A stretch of 64,000 bases of DNA, from NCBI RefSeq assembly GCF_009914755.1, contig NC_060926.1; one strand, given 5' to 3'. Within the stretch, counting starts at the first letter, position 1. Each line of letters opens with the position of its first letter. Origin of the DNA: the human T2T-CHM13v2.0 reference genome, Homo sapiens. Both the position numbers and the translations under genes were made by a program. The notes beneath the pieces were generated by a model. That model did not search any database. It was not told the DNA's origin and saw only the letters and a program-made list of their open reading frames with translations. Of this stretch, positions 1 through 12,312 are shown piece after piece.

Positions 1-400
1 CATTTTTGCCCCCGGTTATCTATTACAGGCAGAATTATACTGGGAACAATTAGATTTGATTAAAATATTTAAGATCATTTCTGCTTTTAAAAAAAAGAAA
101 CTTAAAAAAAAAACCTAGTAGATTCCAGTGAGAAACAAAAGTACTTGCATATCAGTGTTTCTTAGAAAAAAAGAATTAGATTCAGTGTGCTACAGGATAA
201 AAAAGATAAAACTTACTTTTTTATAATTATATGTTTAATAATTATAAACATTTTTATATGTTTTATAATTATTAGTGTCTTTTCCCATATATTATTTTAT
301 GTATTAGTAAGTAATAAAGTCATCAAAAGGGGCATACATATGTACATTATTTTAATGTTTATGTTTTGGACACTCACTGCTTTAATTTTTATATAGTCAA

Positions 401-457
401 ATCTATCTATATCTATATGTCTATCTATCTACCTATCATCTATCTATCTGTCTATCA
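401..457. repeat. Imperfect (CTAT)n microsatellite at the tail of the adjacent AluJ
   Basis: Repeated TCTA/CTAT units directly abutting the Alu 3' end. Confidence 0.85.
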
Positions 458-741
458 CAAACAGGTTCTCAGTCTGTCACTGAGACTGCAATGTAGTGGC
501 ATGATCATGGTTCACTGCAGCCTCAAACTCCTGGGCTCAAGCAGTCCTCCTACCTCATTCTCCTGAGTACCTAGGATGACAGACACATGCCACCACACTC
601 AGCTAATTAAAAAAAAAAAATTGTAGAGACACAGTTTTGCTATGTTGCCAAGTCTGGCCTCAAACTCCTGACTTCAAGCTCTCCTCCCCCATTGGCCTCC
701 CAAAGCATTAGGATCACAGGCATGAACCACCATGCCTGGCT
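458..741 (-). mobile_element. AluJ
   Basis: Antisense dimeric Alu with J-type motifs (atcatggttcactgcagcctcaaactcctgggctcaagc); highly diverged. Confidence 0.9.
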
Positions 742-1750
742 CAACGTAACTATTATAACTTACATTATGTCCATTTTTAGAAATGTTTTATCATCTAAAA
801 ATACTTAAATATTTATCTAGATTTTTTCCAGTATGTATAGTTTGATTTTTTATATTTACCTTCTCAATCTATTTGGAGTTGTTGTTTTTTTACTTTATAG
901 TGTAAAGCATACATTTACATTTTTATCCAAACAATAGTTTTATTCCAGACAATATTTCTGAACAACTATATAGAATTCATCAGTTTAGACATGCATATCT
1001 TCTAGACATGAGTTGTACCTATCAATCCTCTTTAACTCAAAGCACAGTCCAAAGAAGGAGCCGTAGATATCACATTGAAGGGAAAAAGAATTTACCTGAG
1101 AGAGCAACAGCAAAAACAGCACAATTAACAGAGAAGGCATTCTCAGGGAATAGATGGAAATTATTTTGCAAAAACACACTCCCTAATGCTTCATGCAGTT
1201 GTGCACAAGAACCTGAACATCTAAAATTATAGAGCCTAGGATCAACTGAACTTCAAGCTATTAAGGCCTGACATTCTGGGAATTCTCTGATGTGGGTGTT
1301 ATTAAACTCTCTCATGGATCACCGCCATCATTCCAACAGAGAGCAGCATGCAACATGGAACACAACAAAAAACCCTGAGTGGGGAGGATGCCCAGAGTCA
1401 CGTCTCTTAGACACATCTGCCAAGAGGATTCATTAATTTCTTATTTTCTAGGCACTTAATGTCAGATCAGAACAAAATATTTTGTAACAGCTTTATTCAA
1501 TAATGTTTAAAATATAATTTTTGTTTCACTGTTTAATTTCTCAGTTCATTTTTCTGTGCTCTATGAAAAACCCTGAGTTAAAATAACTGTCCTGGCTAAT
1601 TTGAAAAATACATTTAATATTTTAGTTAGAGCAACTCTAATTGATGATTGCAATAGTTCTTATGTGTAAATTCGTTTAAAGTTTCTCAACGGCTTTTCAT
1701 TCATTGGATTTAAATCCAAGTTCCTCAACATTGTTTTTAAGGACCTTGCC

Positions 1751-1878
1751 TTTTTTAAAATACATAGAGGTGGTGTCTATGCTGACCAGGCTGGTCACAA
1801 ACTCCTGGCCTCAAGCGATCCTCCCATCTCAGCCTCCGAAAGTGCTGGGATTACAGGTATGAGCCACTGTGCCCAGCC
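1751..1878 (-). mobile_element. FLAM_C / left Alu monomer
   Basis: ctcaagcgatcctcccatctcagcctccgaaagtgctgggattacagg; degenerate flanking repeat ggaccttg/ggcccttg. Confidence 0.85.
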
Positions 1879-1929
1879 ATGGCCCTTGATTTTTTATCCT
1901 TCTATATTCTCTCTCAAATTATGCAAAAA

Positions 1930-2225
1930 TACTGAATTCCTAATAATTATTCAATGTGTCGTGCTTTTCATAGGCTCTTGCGCATTACTGCTTGTATCTC
2001 AGGTACAACATCTAATGCCCCTGACTTCTCCACACCATCTTAAGTCCCTCCTTACACACCCAGTTCCTTCAGGTCTCAGTTGTAATGTGACTTCACCCAG
2101 CAAAGCTTTCCAGCTGCTGAGGCTGGAATAAGAGATCCTTTTTATATTGTGTATTCCCATATTCTATCTATGATAGCACATATATACACTAGGGATTTAA
2201 TGGATACTGTTGAATTAATTAGCCA
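1930..2225 (+). mobile_element. L2 3' fragment (degraded)
   Basis: ccttcaggtctcagttgtaatgtgacttc resembles the L2 3' region. Confidence 0.4.
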
Positions 2226-4206
2226 TTTTGAAGGAAGCTAAAAAAGTGTTCAACATCCAGAGTGGTCAGCTTAGGTCAATCGGCCTAGAATGATGCCTTA
2301 AGGTATTCTTGTTTGGGGCTATAATATGCTGTACACCAGGTATAACATGATCTTTGCCTTGCAGTCCTAAAGGATATGTTCATTCTACAGAAAGCATCCA
2401 TTTTAAACTTTGAAGACTGTTAAGATTTAGGTAGATATTAATTAGTATCATTATTTCTTCTCAATATTCTAAAATTAATTTCAAAATAGTCTTACCATAT
2501 AGATTTTTTTATAGAATTTTGTCATTTGTCATGCAAGACTCCATATCTTTTTATAAAATTAAAAATTTGGTTTATTTTTTTTTTCAGATGGCAGAAACCT
2601 GAAATCAAGTTTAAACATTATCCTTGTTTTATTATTCATTAGTCTTTAGTAACTATCGATACTAGAACATGTTTCTGTGTTGGGCAATATTCAAAATTTA
2701 ACAAAAATTTTGAATTTCCATCCTATTTTAAGAATGAAAGCTGATAGAGTATTTATAATAAGAAGTTACCTTTTTTGCTGGTTATGACTATAAGGGAGAT
2801 ATTACCATAACATAATCAACCAGGGAAATCCCATTAGAAATTAAAAGCAGGTTAAAATCTCATTAAGGTTTTCCCCAAGCTATGAGCATACTTGCCCAAT
2901 TAAAAAAATTAAAAATATTTTAGATTGTAAGTTTTAAAAGATGCTTCCTAGATACTGTAATGTTCTATGTGCAAACCTTGATTACTCAGGCCTTCGGTTT
3001 GTTCCCTGGCTTTGCTGCATGAGTTGTTTACATCCATATCCAAAGAATTCTTCACAAGTTTGGTTCACTCATCAGTAAATCCTATTTTGGTGCCAATGAG
3101 TAAGAGAAACATCTCCCTGGGACCACCTTTATGGTCATACACGTTTAATTTTAATCAGTCACTACATGAAACAAATATTTTGCTAAAACCAAGGTGGACT
3201 TTGGATGCCAGAAAAGACCAAAAGAGATTTTAACTGCTTTTGTTGCTGACAATTACTCTTGGTTAAGGACAAACCATCACGATGAGGACTAAAGGTTTGT
3301 GATACCTCTCTGGACTGCTTTTAACTGCGAAGTGAAGGATAACAGCAGAAATAGAAACAGAAGGTCTGCAACTTTCACTATGACCAACTGAGGAAACAAG
3401 ATGAAGAGAGCATTGGTCAATGTATCTAGTGTCTTGCATTTAAACCCCGTTTGCCGGATTAACTGCAAATGTAGATGAGTGTCTTTGTCCTAATATCTAT
3501 CAAAAAAATAATAGTCTATAATTCCTTCCTTTTCAAACCTTCCAGAATTCATAGGAAGCATCAGGAACGTGGATTCATTCCATTTTATAAAAATTTCCTC
3601 AACTTTTATTATGTTTCCTCTCTTAAACATTCTCTAAACCCTCTAGTAACTTTCACTTGTTAAAAAAAAAATACTTCTGAACTATTTACTGAAGCAAGAA
3701 ACCTATCCAAATACTGTAATAAAATGTTGATGTTGTAAACACATTAAATTAAGGGAAAACTATGTACCTAAAATAAATGATAAATTCAACACCTTAAATG
3801 TTTATAAATAATATCAAATAATCATTGAAAGATATTATGCCATTTGTATAGGATTTATAACTTCAGTCATAATTATATGTTTATTTAATGTTAATTCATC
3901 AATAATTTTCCCAATCTCAGTCTCTCACATACACACTTAAATTAGGTGCCACAGCTTAAATAGATTCCCTCTTTCCCGCTCCCTCTCCCCTTCTTCCCCT
4001 CTGTCCTTTACTGAAGACCAATGTAACTTAATGCAATTACTGAGCCACAGAAAAAACCATGTTGACTGCATTACTTATATTGTCTTGTTTATTCCTTAGA
4101 ATAAGGTAACACTGATAAATAATATATTAATCATTCCACTTCCACTTCAAAATCTAAATGTAATGAATTATTTCATATAGCCTATCAATCATGAGATTAT
4201 TTTTAT

Positions 4207-4211
4207 ACACA

Positions 4212-4250
<39 letters not shown>
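4207..4250. repeat. (AC)5 AT (AC)16 microsatellite
   Basis: Direct count. Confidence 0.97.
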
Positions 4251-4253
<3 letters not shown>

Positions 4254-4330
4254 TGCCTGAGTTTAGGTAGAATGCAATACGTGAAGCTGAAAAGTACTGA
4301 GAAATTACAGATAAGGTTTCTATTAGAAAT

Positions 4331-4512
4331 CATCCCACAACAGGCCCTGGTGTGTGATGTTCCCAGGGGAGGGATAGCATTAGGAGATATACCTAACGTT
4401 AAATGATGAGTTAATGGGTGCAGCATACCAACATGGCACATGTATACATATGTAACTAACCTGCACATTGTGCACATGTACCCTAAAACTTAAAGTATAA
4501 TAATAAAAAAAA
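4331..4512 (+). mobile_element. L1PA3/L1PA4-like 3' end (~180 bp) with short 5' inversion
   Basis: gagggatagcattaggagatatacctaacgttaaatgatgag...ccctaaaacttaaagtataataataaaaaaaa; 4334-4364 is the reverse complement of the upstream L1 3' UTR. Confidence 0.9.
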
Positions 4513-4659
4513 TGAAACCACCAAGAAACAGAATATAACAAATGAAATATTCTGACTCCCTGCTTATCTGTCTTGTTTCCAGTCCCTCATTTCTTTGAGC
4601 TTTATAGTAGTGAAATGGTTCTAGTCTTTAATCAACTGTTGAATTTTTTTACAGGGAAA

Positions 4660-4845
4660 ATCTATTGAGTGTGATGTGTTATGTTTTGTGCTAAGAGCTT
4701 TATGTACATTATCTTACTTGGTCCTTATCACAGATCTTTCTGAGATAAACACAATTATTAACTCAATCTTATTGTTAAGTACACTAAAATTCAGACCCAG
4801 GTATATCTGACTCCAAATGTTAAATAAACTACTTAACTCATACTG
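4660..4845 (-). mobile_element. MIR
   Basis: tgtgctaagagctttatgtacattatc...gacccaggtatatctgactccaaa matches antisense MIR. Confidence 0.55.
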
Positions 4846-7800
4846 CCAAAAAAAAAAAAAAAAAGAAATAATCCCTCCTTGACCTGAAATCAGCGTATAC
4901 TTTGTAAGTAAATTTCCCTTTTTGTTTTAAATGTAAGACAGCATTTTGTTTTCTTGCTCAAGGTATGAAATGATAATAGTTCTTTAAGGTGAGATCTCTG
5001 CAACAAATGTCAATGGCCAACCTCATAGCTCTTTGTAAACAAATCAGAAGTTTACTTGTGTAATTTCTTTGAAAAAATTTCACAACCATGATACCCTAGG
5101 GATGATTTCAGTGATTAGGTGAGATATAATTATATTACTTATTATACTGTGATGCATTACAGAATATTTTTACTATACACTGGAAAGCATTAGAAGTCAC
5201 TACTATGATTACCTTTATGTCAATTTTTCTTTACTCAATAAGAAACAAAATAACAACAATGCTAGTATCATTCAAGTTAATGTTTAATCATTTAACAAAA
5301 AAGTTTCATCATATTCCATGTTTTAAAATATTTTTATTATTTTATTTCTTAGAATATTTTTATTTTAATCAAACTAGAACATGTCTCTCAATAAAGGCAT
5401 AACTAGATTTTTGAGGAATATTTAATAACTGATAGTTTACACTTTTCTGACCTATAACAGACTTTAATAAATAGGAAAATTAGTTTTCCCAAATTAGTCT
5501 TCCCAAATAACTCTATGTCTCTTGCTTATCTGACTGCCTTAATTAACATGGCAGAATATATTAGTAATTGATTTTGTGATAAAATAAATAATTATAATTA
5601 ATTGGTTTTAAAATCATTAGCATCAATCAATTTTTTGCCAGTTCTCATATTTGCATTTTTAGAATTCATGCTCTTGGGGCATGATATAAAACACAGTAGT
5701 GTGAATTCCCTTGACTAAATAGGTATACAGAATTCCCTCATTTTTCTCATTTTTGCAGGGGTATCCTGAATAAATCTTAAAACATTCTGAATAGTTCAGA
5801 CTCTGGAGCTATGTTTAATTTCAGTTAGCTACAGATGCCTTGAACTAAGAATGACATTAACACATTATTGAAAATTAATTAACTAAACATAAAAGAATCA
5901 AATGAATGGAAATAAATTATTGTAAAATCAGCATGGGCACAAAAGTTCTCAGTGTTTACTGCTTTGTAATTAATCATGCTCATTCATAAACTAAATTAAT
6001 TGTAGCTACAAATGGGACATCTTGCTTGAATTTCTTTTACCTCTGTCTATAATTTTTGTGTGTGTTGAAGATTGATTTCCTTTTTTTCAATTTGCTAATA
6101 TTTTAGGTTTAAAACCATCTTACCTATTCATTTTACTGTAGAATATTTCCTTACCAAGTTTAGTTTGATGGTCAGCAATAGGTCAATCAATGATTCATTT
6201 CTGTCTCTTTCTAAAAAAAAGTCTTTTAATTTTAGACCAGTGGTTATTATGATTATATAAAATAAAATATGTTATAATGGTGTCTCTAGTCACGGTATAA
6301 TAGTAGGTAACAGAACATTTGAGGGATTCGGTAATTCCTTTCTAAAGTATATTGTCACAGTTTCTAATCTTTTTGACATTGTCTGAAAAGGAAGATTTTA
6401 TAACCTCACTTTGTAAAATTAATAAAGGTATTAACACTACCATTTAGTTTCATGTTTTTCACATCAATAAGCAGGAATGTATCAAATATATATTATTTTG
6501 ATATTCATCAATATTGCCTCTGACAACTTTTGAATGCTAAGACTAATCCTCAGATAATACAGCCCAAGAGTTATTACATTTACCCTGAATTTCCGTGGCC
6601 AGATACATAACATTGACTTGGAGAAATGAGGAATTAGAAATCACACAGTTTTTCCTATATCAGATGGAGATTACTAAAGTTTAGAAATGTGTTTGCAATA
6701 TTAATTGGATGCTACTTCAGCAGATTTCTTATACTGATAGTTAAGAAAACTGGTTTGGTGGTGAAAACAATGTAAGAAAGCCAGATGGAGGTTTTAAGGA
6801 AAAGAAGGTGAAGTTCTATATCCCCTCATTTAGTAATCATTTACCCTCTGTTTTATGGCAAATAACTGCGTTAGAATTGAAACTAATTATGAATTAGGAG
6901 CCTATAAGAAAAATAAAGTAAATATTACAAGGAAATTTAGCTAGGGACGTGAAAAATTCTCCTATAGCTGAAATTTAAATGGACTTAAATACCAAGTTAA
7001 GAACAATTCATAAAACCCTAACAATATTGTTAAGAAGGTCAGAAAAAATGTCTACCAAAATCTATAATTAGATAGAATCATGTATATATTTTAATTGGAT
7101 ATTATAGATAATATATTTAGTTACATGAATCTACAAGGAGATAAACTTCATGCAGTATTATCTCAGGACATTACAAAGAGCAGAAAATTTACATTTGGTC
7201 TATGTGTAAAGAAAAAAAATAAATTATATCCAACACTGAAAACCTATTCACATTTAAGAAAGAGAGAACATTTTGACATCTCTCATTTTTATATTTTATA
7301 TCTCAGTGGAAAATAAATGTTACAAACACTTAGAACTCTTGAGGCTGGCATATTTGTTTTTCTAACATGAAATATGGTTTCCCAACATGTAAATTTTGTT
7401 TTAAATATGCCCTAAATATTGGATTATTTTTAACAGGTTTTGAATATTAATTTAAACTTGTATATTTACACTACTAGACTTAAAGAGTTATTAGCATGTT
7501 TCCTTCAGCAACAGTAGTTTCAGGCTTTTATTTAAATTTCTAAATATGGGCAGTGGTTGCTGAAGTTATTGCTTCATTTCATACCAATAGGCAATACCCT
7601 TAAACTTCTTAATTCCTTAAAGTTTAGCTATGTAGTTTTATTGCCCAGTGTGTCCTTAGATTACTATATCTTTCCTAAGTAATTAGACTCCTGTATTTTC
7701 TTCCTTTGAGTCTATTGATTTTATAGGGTGTTATACTTGCTCCAGGAGAATAATATTTATTTTCTGTGGCCATTAATCAATGTCACTTGTGCTAAAAGGC

Positions 7801-9093
7801 TATGCGAGGATTTCTGCCTAATAGCCAAGGAAACTATATTTATTGGTTGGGAAAACCTTAGCTACAGCTACTAAACTGCCATTAGTGGAATCCTTAACAG
7901 CTCATTACCACAGTTAGATGTGCTGTGTACAGCATAGCTTGAATGAGAACCACACTTTTTAAGAAAAGTCTTTTGTTTATTCTGCTCTGACAGATCTCAG
8001 TCCAGCAGAATCAACTCCAAAGTGATGGCAAGAAAAAGAACTGTGAAAAGATGAAATAGCATCTTTTTTCTTGATATGAAGGAAACATTATGAGGCATTT
8101 AAAATAATATGTACAAATTGCTTTATCCCCAAATTATCAATATCTTATGAGGCAATAGCCTCTCTACAGCCAGTCTCAGAAAGAAATTTGCACATATAAT
8201 GTTTCAATAAAGAAGTAAACAAGATAAATTTAGCTTCATATTAATAGCGTGACCATTAAATTACACAAACTTGGTAGTATTGAGAATTTTCCACTTATAA
8301 TTTTGGCGTACATTTATGTATCCGTTTTTAAATAAATGCACATATTTGAATGTTACTAAACAGATGCTGGTAAAATGAAACTTACATGACCAAGAATAAT
8401 GTATCAAGATGGCAGACTGAGCTCAATGTTCACTTTCCCACTTCCAGCTCCCATTATATGACCAAAAAATGATGCTAAGATTAATAAGTAAATCCAAGAT
8501 AAGACTGATATTGGCAAAGCAAAATATACCAAAAGTTTCCAGAGACTAGATGGAATCAGCTCTAGTGAGAGACCATAAGAAGCCAGAACCTAAAACACAT
8601 GCAGAAGAGGGGTTTCAGAGGTGGCAGTTGTTCAGGGTATCTAAAAGATGGATCAGCTGATACAAGATACAGAAGTTAGTACAAGAAATTTCTTCAGGGA
8701 GATTAATTGCACTGTATTTGGAGCCAGTTACAGCCTTATGATTATAACTCTATTCCCAGACCTATTCTCTTGTGGTGGGCAGAGGACAACAGGCAAGCTT
8801 GTCATGAGACAAAAATGAAACCCAGATGTAAAGCATAGCAAAAATAAATTCTAAAAATAAAATAAACAGGTAAAAGGGCCACTTTTTGAAGGAAAAGCAA
8901 CCCTTATAATACAGGCAACAAAAAACCAGTACTAACATCAAAAGAAACTGATGATGATACAAATAGAAGAAAGTTTAAAATAAACACAGTAAATAATATT
9001 GAGGAGAGTCAAGAGAATTTTGCATTTCCATAAAGCAATATGAATTTGTTATGAATAAATATAGAAGTCTTAGACGTTTGAAAAATGAATGTC

Positions 9094-9374
9094 AGCTGGG
9101 CGGGGTGGCTCACGCCTGTAATCCCAGCACTTTGGGAGGCCGAGGCGGGCGGATCACTTGAGGTCAGGAGTTTGACCTCAGCCTGGCCAATATGGTGAAA
9201 CCCTGTCTTTACTAAAAGTAAAAAAATATTAGCTGGGCATAGTGGTGGGAACCTGTAATTCCAGACTCGGGAGGCTGTGGCAGGAGAATTGCTTGAACCC
9301 GGGAGGCGGAGAGTGGACTGAGATTGTGCCACTGCACTCCAGCTTGAGCAACAGAGCGAAACTCTGTCTCAAAA
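9094..9374 (+). mobile_element. AluS (Sx/Sz-like)
   Basis: Full dimeric Alu; TSD aaatgaat[g/a]tc at 9083-9093 and 9652-9662. Confidence 0.95.
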
Positions 9375-9380
9375 GAGAAA

Positions 9381-9413
<33 letters not shown>

Positions 9414-9420
9414 CAGAGAC

Positions 9421-9483
<63 letters not shown>

Positions 9484-9515
9484 AGGAAGGAAGGAAGGAA
9501 GGAAGGAAGGAAGGA

Positions 9516-9583
<68 letters not shown>

Positions 9584-9643
9584 AGGAAGGAAGGAAGGAA
9601 GGAAGGAAGGAAGGAAGGAAGGAAGGAAAGAAAGAGAGAGAAA
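9375..9643 (+). repeat. Compound purine microsatellite (GA)n-(AGAA)16(GGAA)8(AGAA)17(GGAA)11
   Basis: Tetramer units counted directly from 9421 to 9628. Confidence 0.97.
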
Positions 9644-9825
9644 GACAATACAAATGAATATCAAAACAAAAATCTTAATTGACCAGCTGAATGGTAAAAA
9701 AAAAAAAAAATGCAGCTGAAAAGCAAATAATGATTTGAAAAACTGAGCTAAAGCGTTTTTTCCTATAACTCAATATGATGGAGCAAGTAAATAGAACAAC
9801 ATGAACAAAAGAGATACAGAGAACA

Positions 9826-9997
9826 CAAGGCAGGAGAATAGTGTCTGGAGCCAGGGAACCTAACAGCCAATTCGTGCTGACTTCCTAGAACTAAATGGAA
9901 TGGAAAACACCACCTCTCTACACCCAAGTAACAAAAGGATCAGAGGCTACACCCTTTACAATCCCCATCTCCTCCCCACCGTATTGCACATGAAAAA
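9826..9997 (+). mobile_element. ERV1 LTR 5' fragment, MER51-like
   Basis: aggcaggagaatagtgtctggagccagggaacctaa...gctgacttcctagaactaaat...aagtaacaaaagg. Confidence 0.6.
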
Positions 9998-10144
9998 TAT
10001 TCTAAGAAATAAAATAATAAAAATATTTTAAAACATGGAATATGATGAAACTTTTTTGTTAAATGATTAAACATTAACTTGAATGATACTAGCGTATTAA
10101 TCTACCTGTTCCACAGCCCAGTCCAGAATGTTCCCATGATTGAT

Positions 10145-10400
10145 AGGGCAAAGTGGTCCAGTGTGCAGGTTTAGGAACCAAAAAGACTAGGATTCTTGTT
10201 CTAACTCTGTGACTCCCTGGCCAGATGACCTTGGGCAAGTTATATATTTTCTCTAAGCTCCAGTCCCCTCAATGTATATGCAATAAAAGTCTCTATATCC
10301 TAGTGTCATTTGTGAAGATTAAATGAGATAATCTACATAAAACAGGTAGTGAATACACTGCAGGTCTTCCATAAGTACTTGAATAATGTTAATTATTACT
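10145..10400 (+). mobile_element. MIR
   Basis: tgaccttgggcaagtt...tgtgaagattaaatgagataat core. Confidence 0.75.
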
Positions 10401-11642
10401 AGTAGTATAACTACTACTGATAAAATTATTCACAATGTTGCTTAGTAATCCAGATATGCATGGACTGCAGGAATATTTTTATGATAATAGATAAAATAAA
10501 CTATGGGAAATGGAAACAATAAGGCAAAGAGATATTTGTAGAGCTAAAAAAATTGTATCAAGGAAACTATTCACAATATTTTCTATACATTAATTGACAG
10601 CAAATTTTGAATCTTTATCTTTCAGGCAGTATTTTGAGACATCAAGTTGACTCCCTCATCCTGCAAACTTGGAAGCCTATTTGGAAATAAACTATCCATC
10701 ACCAAATAAGATACCCACAAAATGCTAGAAAGAAATCTCCTTTTGCTTCTCCCAAAGTGAGTACATATGTTAGCCTGAACCACATTAGACATCCCGATTC
10801 CTATTGACACTGGAAGTTGTTTCAAATCTTGAGCCATAAAATCTTCTCATCTCTGACTAATTCCCTATCCCTGTCAATTGGGTTTGCAATAAGTCTGCCA
10901 ACTGATTTCTAGGGAATGATTTCTAAGCCAGTCTTCCAACTTTACTTTTTTATTTTTTAAACTTGACTGATTGATTCCAGGACTTTGAGACTTCCATTAC
11001 CTGGCATTGAATTGTAAAGAAAAAAACCCATCATCTTTTGAGGTAAGGAGCCATGGGAGAAAGACTCTGGTCTATCACACTACAGAGAGGTATTAATCAA
11101 TTAAAGATTTCTTCAATGCTGCCACACCCCAAAATATATGTATTAATATTTGATTTATATTATAAAACTAATCCCCTTTAGCCTAACTTACATATATATA
11201 TTGATATTTTATATATGTAAAAATATGTATATATAGCTTTTGAGATTGATTTAACTAAATTACATGATTAATTATTTCAGTAAGGTAGGAATCTGGAACA
11301 TTGTCAATAATTACCTTTCCCCCTATTTCTCATAGGTCCTTACTTAATCCTTCATTTGCATATTGGCTAATTGTTTCTCTAATATAAGCTATGTTGATAT
11401 TAGCTATATGATTGAATTAACTTTAAAATGTATACATCAAATTATCAACTACAGAGAAATAAAATGATTTCCACTCCATAAACATACACAATATACATCA
11501 ACATATATAGGTGTTTGAGTTCAATATGTGTATATTTTTAAAAAGATTTACGAAGCAGGAAATCTTTTTGAATCCCATTGAGTGAGAGTCACTCCTGCTA
11601 GCTGGAGTTAGCCATAAAGCAGAACTCGAAATTTTGCCGCCC

Positions 11643-11661
11643 GGACCTCTAGAGGGCAGAC
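11643..11661 (+). promoter_or_regulatory. Candidate CTCF binding site
   Basis: CCTCTAGAGGGCAG (11646-11659) matches CCASYAGRKGGCRS at 13/14; lies in unique sequence with retained CpGs. Confidence 0.6.
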
Positions 11662-12177
11662 CTGGAACCTCTCTAGTACCACCTTCAATAGCACAGCAAT
11701 GGGGAATGAGATGCATAAATCATTTTTAACTATATTCAGACACCTTTTGGGGACAGCTACAAAGTGCTAAGCACAAATAATAAGAAAAAAAATCCACATG
11801 GTCAAAGAAAGGAAATTACAATATGATGTAATGCTCTGTAATAGCGGGAGGTTATGAGGAATAGACACAAGGTTCCTTGAAGGAACAAGGAAGGCTTTCT
11901 GGAGGAGGTGATAACAAAGCAAAGTATAAATTCGTCAGATATGGAATTTTGGGAGAGTGTTCCAAACAGTGCAAGCAGCAAATACATAAGCTTCAGGTAA
12001 AATATATTGTAGGAACACTATATGTAGTTCAGAAAAGCCTCTTGTAGGAAAGCAACACCTTACAGATTTAAATGGTAAAAATGTATAAAAGTAGCTCAAG
12101 CATTAAATTTTTGCCAGTTATTGAGCCAATTTTTATTTTCCATATTTCTATTTTTCAATATGTTAAAGATAACTCTA

Positions 12178-12312
12178 AGCTGGGCTCAGTGGCTCATGCC
12201 TATAATCCCAGCACTTTGGGAGTCCAAGGCGGGAGATTGTTTGAATCCAGGAGTTCAAGACCAGCCAAGGCAACATAGCAAGTCCTCAATTCTACTTAAA
12301 AAATAAATACAT
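12178..12312 (+). mobile_element. FLAM_C / left Alu monomer
   Basis: Left-arm Alu with A-rich tail; flanking repeat ataac[t/a]ctaa. Confidence 0.88.

Larger units (their letters stand above)
8405..9815 (+). mobile_element. Ancient L1 (L1M/HAL1-like) 5'/ORF1 remnant, interrupted by the Alu and microsatellite
   Basis: caagatggcagactgag start motif and A-rich ORF1-like text (gcagctgaaaagcaaataatgatttgaaaa); very degraded. Confidence 0.35.

Noticed and set aside
1090-1130. - strand pyrimidine tract with CAG/GTAAAT (recursive splice-site-like); similar + strand CAG/GTAAAG near 29134
   Set aside because: Donors are non-consensus, the motif occurs on both strands and the host transcript direction is unknown.
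2980-3480. Repeat-free, higher-complexity stretch resembling a conserved element or exon
   Set aside because: No consistent splice sites or recognisable protein; conservation cannot be judged from one sequence.
9212-9682. Overlapping ORFs of 94-150 aa (KERK- or SFFL-rich)
   Set aside because: They are translations of the stop-free microsatellite and Alu.
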